Assembly: GCF_000143415.4 (NCBI RefSeq)
Contig: NW_003314271.1
Coordinates: 947,150 to 1,011,149 of the forward strand
Source: Selaginella moellendorffii
Lineage: Eukaryota; Plantae; Lycopodiophyta
Length of the DNA: 64,000 nucleotides
Direction of reading: 5' to 3'
Made by a program: the position numbers and the translations under genes. Below the pieces are notes generated by a model. It worked only from the letters and a program-made list of their open reading frames with translations, was not told the origin of the DNA and searched no databases. Positions 1-12,397 of this stretch are shown here, piece by piece. Each line of letters begins with the position of its first letter. Positions within the stretch are counted from its first letter, which is position 1.

Positions 1-271
1 CAAGGGATGGGTGCCCAAATCCCAGTCAAGGGGCTCCCAACAAGCCCCTGCTTCAAATCAAAATTCTCCACGTACATGTGGCCATGATTTCGAAACCCTC
101 CTCGATCCTGACAGGCCTCAACTCTTGTTTGTGAGGCACCCACGCTTGCAATTCACCTGAGCTCGGCACCAGCACTAGAGACTCGCCCGCAAGATCCCTG
201 TCAATCTCAACCGGGGCCATGTTAGTAAAAGGTGGTCTTTATTTTAGGGTTTAAAAAGGGTCAGTTAGATT

Positions 272-343
272 TATCAGAGAGAGGTTTCGATCCTCCGACC
301 TGTGGGTTATGGGCCCACCACGCTTCCGCTGCGCCACTCTGAT
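272..343 (-). tRNA. Initiator tRNA-Met (CAT)
   Basis: Reverse complement reads ATCAGAGTGGCGCAGCGGAAGCGTGGTGGGCCCATAACCCACAGGTCGGAGGATCGAAACCTCTCTCTGATA (72 nt). It has the A1-U72 pair, CAT anticodon and ATCGAAA T-loop typical of eukaryotic initiators. A T5 Pol III terminator follows at 253-257. Confidence 0.96.
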
Positions 344-421
344 CTTTACATAAAAAAATAATTAAATATCATTAACGACCTTTTTCCTTTTTCGTTTTTT
401 TCCATGCTATCTGGCAAATTC

Positions 422-422
<1 letters not shown>

Positions 423-452
<30 letters not shown>

Positions 453-478
453 TGTGTGTGTGTGAGAGAGAGAGAGAG
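423..478. repeat. Compound (GA)n/(GT)n microsatellite just upstream of the ATG at 484
   Basis: Seen directly. Confidence 0.95.
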
Positions 479-483
479 TGGCG

Positions 484-1066
484 ATGGAGAATCCAGCAAA
501 GGAAGTGCCGAAGGTGATCGAGGGGCTCGTCGGGCGGCCATCGCTCGCGCAGCAGCGCCAAATCCTCCACCGCTACTTCGCCCCGGATTGCGAGTTCTAC
601 CACATTTACATCAACACGCGCGGCCTGGAGGATCTCTCGTCCATGTACCAGTTCGCCGAGACCATGTTCAACTACCAGGGCGTCAAGTTCCACACCGTCG
701 CCTACGACGCCGCTCAGGAGGTGGTGGCGGTGCGCATGACGGTGCGCATTCGCCCATGGATCCGCCTTGGCACGCCCGTGGATCTCGAGTTCTTCACGAT
801 GCTCGAGCTGGAGAAGTTCCAGGACGAGGTATTGGATTCTTCGTTTTCTCGAGAGTGTTGGAAATATTTTCTTCTTGTTCTTCTTGCAGGATGGAAGGGA
901 GCTCAAACGCATCAAGGTGCAGCGAGATTTCTTCCAGCGATCGCCTCTGCTTCAAGCCATCCCCTTCTTTGGAGAGATCTACTCGTGGAATTTGTGGAGG
1001 GATCTCCTCGGCCGCGTGGACGCTGCCTTTTTCCGTCTCGTCCAGAGATTGGTGGCATGGGTCTAA
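484..1066 (+). CDS. NTF2/SnoaL-like fold protein, about 173 aa, 2 exons (484-828, 890-1066)
   Basis: ATG at 484. A phase-0 GT..AG intron at 829-889 joins the two ORFs in frame. Codons are GC3-rich. The pattern MENPAKEV..RYFAPDCEFYH..VAYD..QRDFFQ resembles a fungal NTF2-like family. Confidence 0.85.
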
Positions 1067-1170
1067 AGTCTTGCATTGAGAATGGAAGTGAAAGAGAAAC
1101 AAATAAAAAAAATCTTCCTTTCTGATGAATATTTTTTTTTTTTTTGCCTGTTCTTCGTGAGCTCCCACCA

Positions 1171-2853
1171 TCACCAGAGCTTTTCGGCGATTTGCACGGC
1201 GTTGAGAGCTGCTCCTTTGCGTATTTGATCGCCGCACACGAATATGTCTAGCCTGATAGAAAATGCGAGCGTTTTCCTGGCTGAAATCCACAGTGCAAAC
1301 GGGAAAAAAAAATTGTGCTCACCCGTGGTGGCCATCTTGAGAGAGATCGCGCCGTATCCTTCCCACAGCAACATCATCCGTGCTCGACACCTGGGGTTCA
1401 AGAAAGTGAAAAGTCTAAATCGAATCAAGTGTAGAACTCAGTACCTTTAGTGGGGTTGGAAAGGAGTTCGCATCCCTGTCGTCAATCACTGTAACTCCAT
1501 TTGCGCTGGACAATATTTGTCTCGCAGTCTCCTGTTACTTCGTTTCAAGATCAAGATAAGCGATCGTGAATAGCAAGTCTACCTCGTCCACTGGCTTTTC
1601 GAATTGTAGATTAATGCTTTCGGCGTGGGCTCTCATCACGGGGACACGAACACAAGTAGCTGTGACACGGACTTCATCGTCATCCTGAGACACCATACGT
1701 CAAACTACAAGAAATAGCCAAGGAAAATAAAGTACCCAGATTTTTCGCGTTTCTTTCACAAGCTTAAGCTCTTCCTCGTTGTAGCCATTTTCCTTGACGG
1801 ACGAGTTGTGGGAGAAGAGGTTGAAAGCGTACTGTGAGAGACAAACGTTAGCCATTCCTAAAAACCATATTATTTGGAAAAACCACCTGCTGGTTGAAAA
1901 TTTTGCACGTAGGCTCTTTTCCTTCCAGGACCTCACGCGTTTGCTGCTCAAGCTCCGCCATGGCAGCGGCACCAGCTCCACTCGCAGCTTGGTAAGTGCT
2001 CACGACCATGCGCTTTACCTACAAACATCCAGTGTTACTAAAGCTTGGAAGCAGCAGGAACACATTCTTAAATCACCTTAGCGTGACGATGAAGAGGTGT
2101 GACAGCCATGAGGCAGATTATCGTGGAACAGTTTGGGTTGGCAATGAGAGCTCCCTTTTTGTTGCTCAATCTTATGTGTGCCATGGCATCTGGATTTACC
2201 TGCATTTTCTCTACAAATCAGCATTGAAAAACGCAACCAAAGAGAACTAACACGAACACTTGCCTCAGGAATGACAAGAGGAACACCATCCACCATTCGA
2301 AACGCGGAGCTATTGTCGACAACAATCACACCTTTGTCGACCGCAACTGGTCCAAATTCCTTGCTGCAAAGCTTGAGAGAGTTAGATTTTTCCTTCTCTA
2401 GCGTTAAGTTTCTCAAACCAACGTTACCTGATAGATCCACCAGCACTGAAGAGAGCAATGTCGACACCATTGAAGGATTCATCCGTGAGTTCCTCCACGA
2501 CATAGTCCCGGTCCTAGAAAAGTAAAAAGAATCACGATCGATCCACGAGTGAAAGAAAGAGTTTCACACACCTGGAACGTCATGTGTTTGCCGGCGGATC
2601 TCTTGCTAGCCAGGAGCTTAAGCTTGCCATACGGAAAATCGCGATCGTCAAGAACACTAAGAAATTCCTGGCCGACGGCGCCAGTCACGCCAACGACAGC
2701 CACAGTCGGCCCATTCTCGCTCAGCGCCATCGTCACGACGCCGCATTGCTTGCGCCGGCTGGAGATTACAACCCTGTGCTGCGATCGCTGCGAAGACGAG
2801 GAGAGAAACGAAGAGATCTGGATGCTCCCGGGCTGGAGCTTGAGAAGCGCCAT
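1171..2853 (-). CDS. ASD: Aspartate-semialdehyde dehydrogenase, plastid-targeted, multi-exon
   Basis: Ser-rich transit peptide, then [57 protein letters not shown] and C-terminal [18 protein letters not shown]. Confidence 0.96.
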
Positions 2854-3013
2854 CACGTAAAACCCCAGTAGCCGCCATCACAGCAGTAGGGTTCTTCGCT
2901 TTTATATTTTTCGTTCGTGGAAGAGTGAAAGAGAGAGAGGCGCATTTCCGAGAGACAAATAAATTTCCAGGGTTTAGGGTTTTCTTGGATCGATCGTTGC
3001 CGCGGGCACGAGG
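2854..3013. promoter_or_regulatory. 160-bp divergent intergenic region between ASD and APC7, with telo-box
   Basis: Start codons at 2853(-) and 3014(+). AGGGTTTAGGGTTTT at 2969-2983 is an AAACCCTA telo-box on the minus strand. Confidence 0.6.
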
Positions 3014-5585
3014 ATGATGGAGATCCTGCGCGAGCAGATGGGATTCTTGCTCGATCAAGGCTTGCACGACTCTGCAGAGATTTTGGTAGAGCTTTCTTGG
3101 ATCTATTCGTGTGATTTTGGAGTGAATGGCGGCATTGCAGGGCTCGTTTCTTCTGTGCGCGGCCGCGTCCAACAACGATCTGGCTCCTACCGTTCGCGCC
3201 GAGAATATGGTATGGAGTTTCTTTGCGGGAGTGATCGCTTTTGTGAAATCTTTCTGTCGGTCTAGGTGTTGTTTGCCGATGCTTTGTATGGAAGAAGAGA
3301 GTACAAAAGGGCTCTTGTAAGTAGCGTTTTTTCTTTTGTTCCATGCTTGATCTGGTTTGTTTTTGTTTCCTGCTTTTCAGAACTTTTATCGGCAAGCATT
3401 ACAACAATGTAGAGTAACGTTGAAACCAAACACGGCTGTCACGAGAAGCACTCTTTCTTCGACAGGAAGTCGACCATCGTCCGCAAACTCAAGTTATTGT
3501 GGTACTATCAATGACAATGAGGTATGCTTCGATTTTCTACGTTCCAGGCATCACTCTCGTTTCTCTTGTCTGTGTCTCCAGGTGAAGTACAAAATAGCTC
3601 TCTGTCATATGGGCTTGCGCGACACTCGCTCGGCTCTTACAGAGGTTCGTCTTGCCAAACATCTACAAGAGACAGAATAAATCCAACGCACCATCTTATC
3701 CCAGTGATTGCAGATGGAAGCCATACCATCAAAAGCCAGGACGCTGCGTATAAATCTCACGCTAGCAAAGCTCTACCGTGTTACGGGCTACGACCGAGCG
3801 GCGGTCGCTTCATATCGAGAGTGTCTAAGGTAGTTTCTCAAGTACTATCTGTTTGCTCTTTATCTGTTTTCTGACAGGCAATGCCCATACGTCTTGGAGG
3901 CCATTATAGCACTGGCTGAGCTTGGAATACCTGCGAAAGATATTCAGCTTCTTTTTCCTCAGGTATGAGAAGTACTTACATTTTGGAACTTATTTTTTAT
4001 TTTATATGCAGACTCCTAGCAAGGTTGCTCGAGCACCCTCTGATGGTCACGAGTCTTCACGCTTACTACAGGTATAATGAAACAGGTACTGTTCGGAGTC
4101 TGATATATGTTTCCTTCAGAAACTTACTGAGGTTCATTGCGGGATTGCATCTTTGGACTACAAAGGTATCTATAATTTCTATGTTCTTGTAGTTAATTTC
4201 AGTTTCCTGTAGGAGCTTTAGAGAATTTAAACCAGCTCGCACAACGTTTTCCAAATAACCTACATGTTTTACTAGAGACAGGGAAGGTAATCGCTTATGA
4301 GAGTTTTCTGTTAACCGATAGGAAAAGTTCATATTTCGGTTAAATGCTCACATTCTGGCAGGTTGAAGGAGCTTTGGGGAGAGGCGATGAAGCAGTTCAC
4401 AGCTTTGAGAAGGTGAGACCTTTTCTGTTTTCTATTACGTCGATTAATGCGTACGAAGTTTATGTTCCAGTCACGGCAAGTAGATCCCTGTAACTTGACA
4501 GATATGGACGAGTATGCGATGCTGCTTAGAATGAGAGGTGATACTGCCGAAATGAACCGTCTAGTTTATGACCTGCTCAATGTTGATGCCGGAAGGCCGG
4601 AAGTATGGGTCTCATCTGCTGTTTATTGGGAAACACGTGATGACAGAGTTCGCGCTCTTAGTTATGCTGATAAGGTGACCGCTATTCTTCAGGTATCATA
4701 TTGATTAATCCGTGTTCGCTTTCAGAGTATACGTGTTGCTGACCGTCATACACCGGCGTATCTTCTGAAGGTACCCATATTTCGTTGAAAATAATCTTTT
4801 CTGATCCTTTTTTGAAGGGGAATCTATCTTTATCTTTGAACCACTCTGAAGCTGCTGTGATGGCTTTTAGAAAAGCTCAATCTTTAAAACCAGATCTCCG
4901 ATCCTATCAAGGTATGAAAAACCGCAGAGCTTCGTGTATTCACTTCTTGTGTTGAAGGTCTTGTTAGATCATACCTTGCGTTATCGAAGAACAAAGAAGC
5001 TCTCTGTGCTGCCCGCGAAGCCATGAAAGCTATGCCTCATTCTGCCAAGGCTCTCACCCTCGTAGGTGATGTTTATGCACATGTTCCGGAAGGTCGAGAA
5101 AAGGTAAAGCAGCAAAGTTCCAAGATTTTTTACATGCCATGGTTTTTAATTTCCAGGCTCGCAAGTTTTACGAGTCTGCATTGCGCCTAGAGCCGGGGTA
5201 TCTTGGTGCTGTGCTTGCGTTGGCAGACTTACACAGAATGGAGTCCCGCAATGAAGAAGCTACACTACTTTTGCAACGTTACCTGCAGAACTGGGCAGAT
5301 GATGCTTTGCACACGAAGCTGGCACAGATACTGGCGCTCACAAACAAGCTGGGAGAATCTCTATCACATTATCAGGCTGCTCTGAGGTAACATGTCATCC
5401 TTGCGTTTCAAGTAATAATTGTGTCGAATTTTTGCAGCATCAATCCGCAAAACGAAGCAGCAAGAAAAGGCTTGGAACGTTTGGAAAAACAAATGAAGGG
5501 AGTGGATCCTGATGCACTTGAAGAGGACGAAGAGAATGAAGCAGAAGATGGAGAAGGGGACCCCGAAGAGGCCGAGTTCCTGTAG
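3014..5585 (+). CDS. APC7: Anaphase-promoting complex subunit 7 (TPR protein), many short introns
   Basis: N-terminus MEILREQMGFLLDQGLHDSAEIL matches plant APC7. Also ECLRQCPYVLEAI, MDEYAMLL, RPEVWV, ARKFYESALRLEPGYLGAVLALA, INPQNEAARKGLERLEKQMKGVDPDA and an acidic tail. TAG at 5583-5585. Confidence 0.95.
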
Positions 5586-5660
5586 TAAGTTCCATTACAG
5601 CTTTTACATTACTACAGATTTTTACCTGTTGTATAACACTACCATTGGCTTACTCTTTGT

Positions 5661-7061
5661 ATGGCGAGCATCGCTGGGCTCCGCCCTTGCTGGAGTGATA
5701 ATCACAGTACCCAGTTGAGGCATTTTTCCAAAGAGCACGGTATCCTTACTGCCCAGGTTTCTAGCAGACGAAAGAAATTGAGATTGAGATGCAAGGCATC
5801 CTCGCAGTCCTCACAACAGCAATCTAGTCTTCTCAGCTTCCTTTGTCCGCTACTCAAGCTCATTGGGGTATGTAATTATCTTTTTTCTGCCATCAAACGT
5901 CTTCTGTCTAGAGTGGCGATCCATCGGCACCACGGAATGGTTTGCTCGAGGTGTGGAAGTTTTTCTTCTTTTCGACTTTCAAACAAGGATTGATTTATGT
6001 AGTCTGCGACGTCCGGAATTGCAAGCTTGGCAAGGCTGCCTTGGGGAAAGAACGTCAACACGCAGATTGTATCTTCACGGACGAAGCAACCACTTGAGCT
6101 CTTCAAGCTCTACGAATTCGGTAAAGCTTAAACTCTCGCATTTTTTGCTCGCCTGTTCATTTTTCTTGTTTGTATATAGAGGCCTGTCCCTTCTGTAGAC
6201 GAGTGAGAGAAGCATTGACAGAGCTCGATCTTTCTGCCGAGGTAGTGTCTCGCGGAGGTTGCAGATGGAAACTTTTTCAATCTTTGTGTAGGTGTATCCG
6301 TGCCCAAAAGGATCTCGAGTCCATCGTGCGTTTGTGAAAGCGTCTGGAGGCAAAGAGCAGTAAGTGATACACTCTTGTCTGTAACAGATTCTCATCGAAT
6401 ATGACAGGTTTCCATTTCTCTTGGATCCAAACACCGGCGTGTCAATGTACGAGAGCTGTGAGTAATTTTTCTTTTCATCACAATCAGCTTGCATCAATGC
6501 CTCTCGCAGCCGATATTGTCAACTACTTGTTCCAGGAATATGGTGAGAGAAGAAGGCCAACATTCGGGATTTTAGAAAGGTAACAAGTTTTACTGAAGTG
6601 TAAACTCTTCGGTATTTCATCATAGTGTGTTCCAGCACTTTAGTCACTGGCTGGGTTCCGACGATAATACGAGCAGGGCGAGGCATGTCACTGTGGAATG
6701 GAGCATTGCCAGATCCTCCACAGAAGCTCCTTGAGCTCTACTCATACGAGAACAACCAGGTAAAGCGCTGTGTTTTCAAAGAATTCTAAAAGTTTTTTGG
6801 TAGTTTGCAAGGCTCGTAAGAGAAGCCCTGTGCGAGCTGGAACTTCCTTACATCCTCTGGAACACGGGCAAAGGGTCACTTAATTGCTCCAAGCTCAAGC
6901 AAATCTCGGGTTCAACACAGGTAACCTTTTGATCTATTTTTTCCCTTCATTATCATTGTCAAGAACAGGTTCCATATCTGGTTGATCCCAACACCGGCAT
7001 ACAAATGGCAGAGTCTCTTGACATAATCCGCTATCTCTTCGCTAACTATAATTCGAAGTGA
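5661..7061 (+). CDS. Plastid thioredoxin-fold protein with two GST-N domains (At4g10000-like)
   Basis: Transit-peptide-like exon 1. Spliced product contains LYEFEACPFCRRVREALTELDL, YPCPKGS, GGKEQFPFLLDPNTG..MYES.DIVNYLF and a second domain LYSYENNQFARLVREALCELELPY..QVPYLVDPNTG. TGA at 7059-7061. Confidence 0.9.
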
Positions 7062-7399
7062 TGTTGATGCAGAGTTTCCTTGGATTGATCAGCTATCATC
7101 GTGTTTGGTACTAATAGTGTATCGAGCTTTACTCCCAAGAACAGCGTAGGAAATGGCAGTTGCTACCATCAGCAAACGGAGGTACCAGCTAAACAGCAGT
7201 GTTCCCACAACTATGGACTGGTTGGCTTTCTAGAACGTACGAAGGAGTGTACTAGAGAGAGAAAGAGTTTAGGGCAGGCATTCCTTTTGTACCCCATTTT
7301 CAAGAAATGAGGCATTTGGTGCATCACCTGGTCGCTTTTCTGCTACCGCCGGGAACGAGCTCAAGGTTGGGAGGTATGGGTCATGATGTGGGGATCGTT

Positions 7400-7954
7400 C
7401 GTGATTTGGGGTCGTGTCCTTCTTGGTAGGAAGAGAGGAAATTCTGCTTCGCATGCATCCAGGATGTCACGAAGTGCCCTGGGGGGAGGGTGTGATGTCC
7501 TGGACTGAGAAAACCCAAAACGATGGCTGGGACAGCAGTGCTTGGGCAGAATTCGAGAGCTTTGGATGCGCACACAGTGGCTATCATCCCTGGACACATT
7601 GATGAAAGGAAAGTGTTAGGTCTTTCTTTCTTGACTTCTCGACTCACTGACCAAACTTTTTGTGACGAGGTTTGAAGTTCTGGAGAGCAAGGACGAGCTT
7701 GATCTCATTGGACAACAACCACCAGAACCGCTGCGGCAGTTTAACCAGCGCTTTCAGTCTTATATTCGTAAATTCGTCCTGTGTGGCGACTTGATACGGC
7801 TGTGCATCACTTTGCCAAGTTCCAGCCTTCTTGGATTGGTCCTTATCAGGTACTTTCTCGTGCTGGCACTAATTCGTATTGGCTAGCAGAGTTGACGGGC
7901 AGGAAACCACCGAAGCCAATCAATGGAGTTGATCTCAAACGGTATTTCTTTTGA
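7400..7954 (+). mobile_element. Degenerate Ty3/Gypsy integrase remnant (GPY/F region)
   Basis: One frame near 7784-7954 reads KFQPSWIGPYQVLSRAGTNSYWLAELTGRKPPKPINGVDLKRYFF*. Upstream REEILLRMH resembles the start of the integrase zinc-binding region. The same remnant recurs near 16.8 kb, 33.4 kb and 59.1 kb (-). Confidence 0.7.
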
Positions 7955-9152
7955 CTGGTACAGTTCACGTTTCGTTTCTATTCTTTTAATGCTGTGAGTG
8001 TCTTTGCGAGAACTGTTTTGTTACTCACAGGCCCGAACCTGATTCGGGAGCAGGACACTGTCTCCTGGGATAAGTTCTGTCCCATTCGCGATGCGGAGAC
8101 AGCTTGTTGAGGGGCACGATCCTGTGGTACGTAATGCTTCTCTCTCCCCTGTCTCTTGAGGTTTCCGATCGTCACAGTTCTGAGGTGCATTCTTTGTCTC
8201 AAATCGCTGAGAATGTTAATCTGCATTTCCTTGCTTTCTGTCATAACTGTTACATTTGAACTGCTTTCTATGTTTTCTTGTTCCGTGGTCTCGTTCGTCT
8301 AGTTGTGGCCTGTCGTTAACAATCTTTCACTGGGGATGGCCAAAGCGCTTGGTCTCTCTGGCGTTGGAAAGTTTCATGGCGGTTGGTTCTCGTTGACAGT
8401 TGGCCAAGTCGCTTGGTCCTTTCGGCTTGTCAATCGACTGCCTATGACGGGCTGCTTCAAGGATGGATGAGACACGGGAAAATTTGTGTGATGCCTTTCT
8501 GTGCTTATTGTCTTTCTTTCATACCATTGCCTCGGAGCTTGAACATCGATGCTACCTCAGAATCTTTGACTTTGGACCTTCAATCATCTCGAAAGGGAAA
8601 CTGATTGCGGTGCTCCTGGCTCATGTGGAGTGGTGCCCCACTTGAGTACCTTGTGGCTCATTGGTCCTCGCCCTTCCTAGGGGCTTGGGCCTTCCCTTCG
8701 GGATGGAAGTGGGGGGTAGAGATACCCATACCGAGCCGTTAGGCCACAGTGTTTCACCCCAACGTCCCGAAGCAAGTGCTGCACCCAAGGCTTGGGATTT
8801 AAAGGGTCCCATGATCAAGTCTTGTGGTACCAAGGGGTGTTAGGAATCTGGAGGCTTGGTGTGCTTGGCTGCTTATGCCTGCGGGGAGTGTAGCCGAACC
8901 TTAAGTCCAGTCTAACCCGGGGAGGGGGATTGGGAGAGATTTGGGACTCATTCGCCCCTTGAGAGTTGCACACCATCAACACTGAATCTCTTAGTATCTG
9001 TGCACTTGGGACGTGCTTTCCCCAGTGAGTTGCCAAACTGGTACAATCCGAAAACGTACGGGAGAGTGTTATAAGAGAGTTTAGGGTAGACATTCTTTGG
9101 ATGATGTTAGTGCAGAGGTCATGAAGGGAACCGCCATGGAGATGTGCTCCAG

Positions 9153-9228
9153 GTCGAGATAGCTTCGTGTCGGCTGGATATGCAGTGGAAGTCGAGATAG
9201 CTTTGTGTCGGCTGGATATGCAGTGGAA
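9153..9228 (+). repeat. 2 x 38-bp tandem duplication
   Basis: GTCGAGATAGCTTYGTGTCGGCTGGATATGCAGTGGAA occurs twice. It is single-copy in the 17.8-kb and 58.2-kb copies. Confidence 0.9.
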
Positions 9229-9299
9229 TGACTCCAGCAGTTGAAGCCTGGAGAATCTTTTTGTGGTTGAGGAACTATATTTGTAATGAAGAGCAAGAG

Positions 9300-12200
9300 T
9301 CCAAATCTGCATCATTTATGACAAAAAATCAATTATAATAGAATTTGATTACAAGCAAAATGGTGAAAGGGCTGAAAGAAAATCGAAACTACTACAATGC
9401 TACTTTATGCAAGTAGACTAGCATATCATCAACCATTTTAGGGTTGATCATTATTTAACCAAAAAAGTTTGTAAATATATTACTCACAATCACTAAGTTA
9501 TAAATTAAAAATTGATGAACAATTAACCTGAATATTTATTGATGCTAAAGATTGGACAAAACGAGATCAGGACAATATATTATTTTTGTATTAAATTTTT
9601 CCATTTGTATCAACTTCTAAACTCAAGTTGTATAAACTATAACTTAAAAATAGTTATAAGTTTCCCACCTAATTTCATTTAACTCTAAAATTCATTGAGT
9701 TAAATTAAATTTTAGCATTATTGTTTATCTTCTATATTTTATAAAATACATTTAAAATTCAGTAAGTGGTGTAAAATACAGTTTAATATGTAAACACATA
9801 TTAGGCAATTCTACAAGGCACAAAACAAAAATCCTCAGTTTATATTAACCAAATAAATAAGTAATTTATATTTAAGTTAACATATAACTTAATAAACTAA
9901 TAAATAAAAAATTTTAGTTTTTGAATTAGATATTTGTAAGTTTTAAAACTAAATCTGATCTACATTCCATTCAAATATATCATATCAATAAATATTTTTC
10001 TAACACTATTTTGTATTGTTTCAAGTTGAATATATCTATATTTGTAGACACAAATATTAATCTTTTAGCACCTGATTATTGTTGAATATCCAAATACTAA
10101 TTCAAACACTTTTAAAAGGAGCTTTAGGTCACCAAGGGTAGTAATATGCTTTTTGCAAGCTAGGAATAATAGAAATTGTTACCGTCACACTTGAGATCAT
10201 GAAATGCAAAGATCCTATTTGGAAAAGGATGTCTTTTGAATTCAATAACATGCTTATTAGCCATCTTAAGACTTGATAGCTTGCAGGGATAATATTCCAA
10301 ATTATTGACAGTAACCATAATTGTGCAGCTTCTTTTGGATGTCAATAGACATGTCTTAGCCTGCCAAAAGATCAATATATAAGTTTGTTAAAATTTTGCC
10401 TTCAACTCCACTTTCACTTGCTTTGTCATGTTTGAATGTAGACTTAGATAATTTTTTGTCCAAAAGTAGAACTTTGTTCATGACATCAAAGAACTATAGT
10501 TTTTGGTAAAGTTGAGTGAGGATGATATCTGACAATATTATTGTGATGATCTTGCAATATTTATAGACTCAAAATGATGGTATAATCTAGTTCAACAACC
10601 CAATCAATTTTATGTTTATGATGTGCTATAAGGTATGTCTTTCCTTCACTTTATAAGGGATTATTTATATTTTTTTTGTTTCTATCCTTTAGTAAAGGTC
10701 AAGCAAGATGTATATGAACTTGTGTATATGGAGAAGAGTTGGGAAGAGCTCTTGGCTGAGTTTTTATAAATTGAGTATAAAATTCAATATGTAAAGTCTT
10801 CAAAGTTGAAGACACTAGTATGCATTACAAACAATCATAGGCCAAAGGAGTAGCTAAAGAGTATAGCTAAACTTTATACTCATAAATATAAATTTCTTAT
10901 TATGTGCTTCATTTTTCTCAATTACACATATTGCTTTTGTAGTGAACAAAACTTTAGATGATATGATTTACAATATCACAAAATTGATTTCCATACAAAT
11001 AACAGATAGAGACTCTAAAGTTCCCCAATGTCTACTTGATGAACAGAGAAAAAAGGCTGTCATAAGTATTTGAGAACATGATAAGCAGGGTTATCTATAT
11101 CATGCAAATTGTGAGCAGGGTCTTGGGATATTTAATATCAAAGAGTGGGGCTCTTGGGGAAAGTTGTAGTTCTCAATTTCTCATGAAAGTGTGAATTTAC
11201 AAGGAAGTGTGGTGGATTGTAAGCAATTAAAGAGAATGACTTGAGAAATAATCTATAAAGGTTCAAATATAAAGGGAAAACCCATGAATAAAAGTGCACC
11301 CTTTTTTCCAATTGATTAAAGGTCTTGGGTTATTTGGAGTTAAATGTCTTTAGGTTTGAATAGTACTGGGCTAAGTGACCTCATGGGAAGTTCAAATTCA
11401 ATTCAATGACGATGCAAGTGACAATGGAGATGAGGATAAGGAAATTCCAAATCAAACTCATATTCCACCACCTGATAACCAGGATCAAGCTCTAATTTCA
11501 CTACCAAATGATTATATGATAGTAGGGTTTCTTATTCATATAACTCTTCTATAACTGATAACATATCAAGGCATTGTGGGTGTCTTCATTGGCTCCTATA
11601 GTAAATTGCTGATATCTTTCACAAAAGACGACATGAACATGGAAATACAACACTAGTTTGACCATTAGTGCTAAAAGGTATAAAAACCATTGCAAACTTC
11701 ATTCTCTTCAACTTTCCAAATAGTTTTCAAATATTGATGGGAAAGTTGAGGACTAGAAACTTTCTCACACCTAACCACTTGTGTGATATATTCTTCTTGT
11801 CATAAACATTTCTATACGAAGTTGGCTATATAATTTTTATCTTACTAAATGACCCCAACTGGATGTATGAGCTTATGATGTGTGTAGCAAAAGTTTATTT
11901 CAAGTCATTCTCCTCCAAATGCATCATGGATCCTATTAACATCAATATTAAGGGCATTCAAAGTAAGTGAGTAAGTATTTCATATTTTTATTTAATTTCT
12001 AAACTTTCTCATTTTCCAAGTTATGATGTGAACTGTTGCAAATATGACTTTAGGTATCAAAAGTTACCTGTTAGTTAATCCTTGTGGATGTTCTTTCCTT
12101 ACTACCATGATAGCAAGAGGTCAATATTGTTGGACCCTTTTTTTTAATCTCCGCCTAAGGTAGTTAGGAAATTGGTCTTTGCATATGCACTTGACTAGAT

Positions 12201-12397
12201 GAGCATCAGGACAGAATTCCTAAGTGCTATTAGTAAAATATATTTGACTTAGTTAAAGAAACTCATTCATTGACTTGCACTTACTAGTGTTGGGAAACCC
12301 CTATGATATTAAGCTTGGTCCCTCAATATTTGTCAGATGATAGTTTACCGTGTTTACCAAACACCCTTGCTATCATACACTTTGTGTTAATACCATT
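9300..12397 (+). repeat. AT-rich unclassified repeat family B (decayed, coding-like)
   Basis: Homologous inverted copies lie at about 20600-29170 (interrupted by the LTR element and MITE) and 54554-58100. A GC-richer copy lies at 62858-64000. Confidence 0.8.

Larger units (their letters stand above)
5865..9300 (+). repeat. Repeat unit A, source copy (3' part of the GST-N gene, Gypsy remnant and tail)
   Basis: Near-identical sequence at about 15015-17960 (+), 31648-34435 (+) and 58100-61018 (-). Confidence 0.92.

Noticed and set aside
1-220. Possible minus-strand gene start MAPVEIDRDLAGESLVLVP.. below a telo-box
   Set aside because: Short, runs off the window and has no recognisable homology, so it cannot be supported.
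346-1291. Overlapping ORFs 346-915(-), 456-1079(+) and 794-1291(-)
   Set aside because: Shadow frames of the GC-rich gene at 484-1066.
7978-8244. ORF MTESKEMQ.. (and MTRFEVLESK..) conserved in four copies as a novel gene
   Set aside because: Conservation simply reflects near-identical DNA duplicates. The recognisable coding signal nearby is the Gypsy integrase remnant.
8587-8935. 350-bp segment unique to copy 1 as a separate insertion or LTR start (TGTTAGG at ~8838)
   Set aside because: No TSD or partner LTR is visible. It is equally explained by deletion in the ancestor of the other copies.
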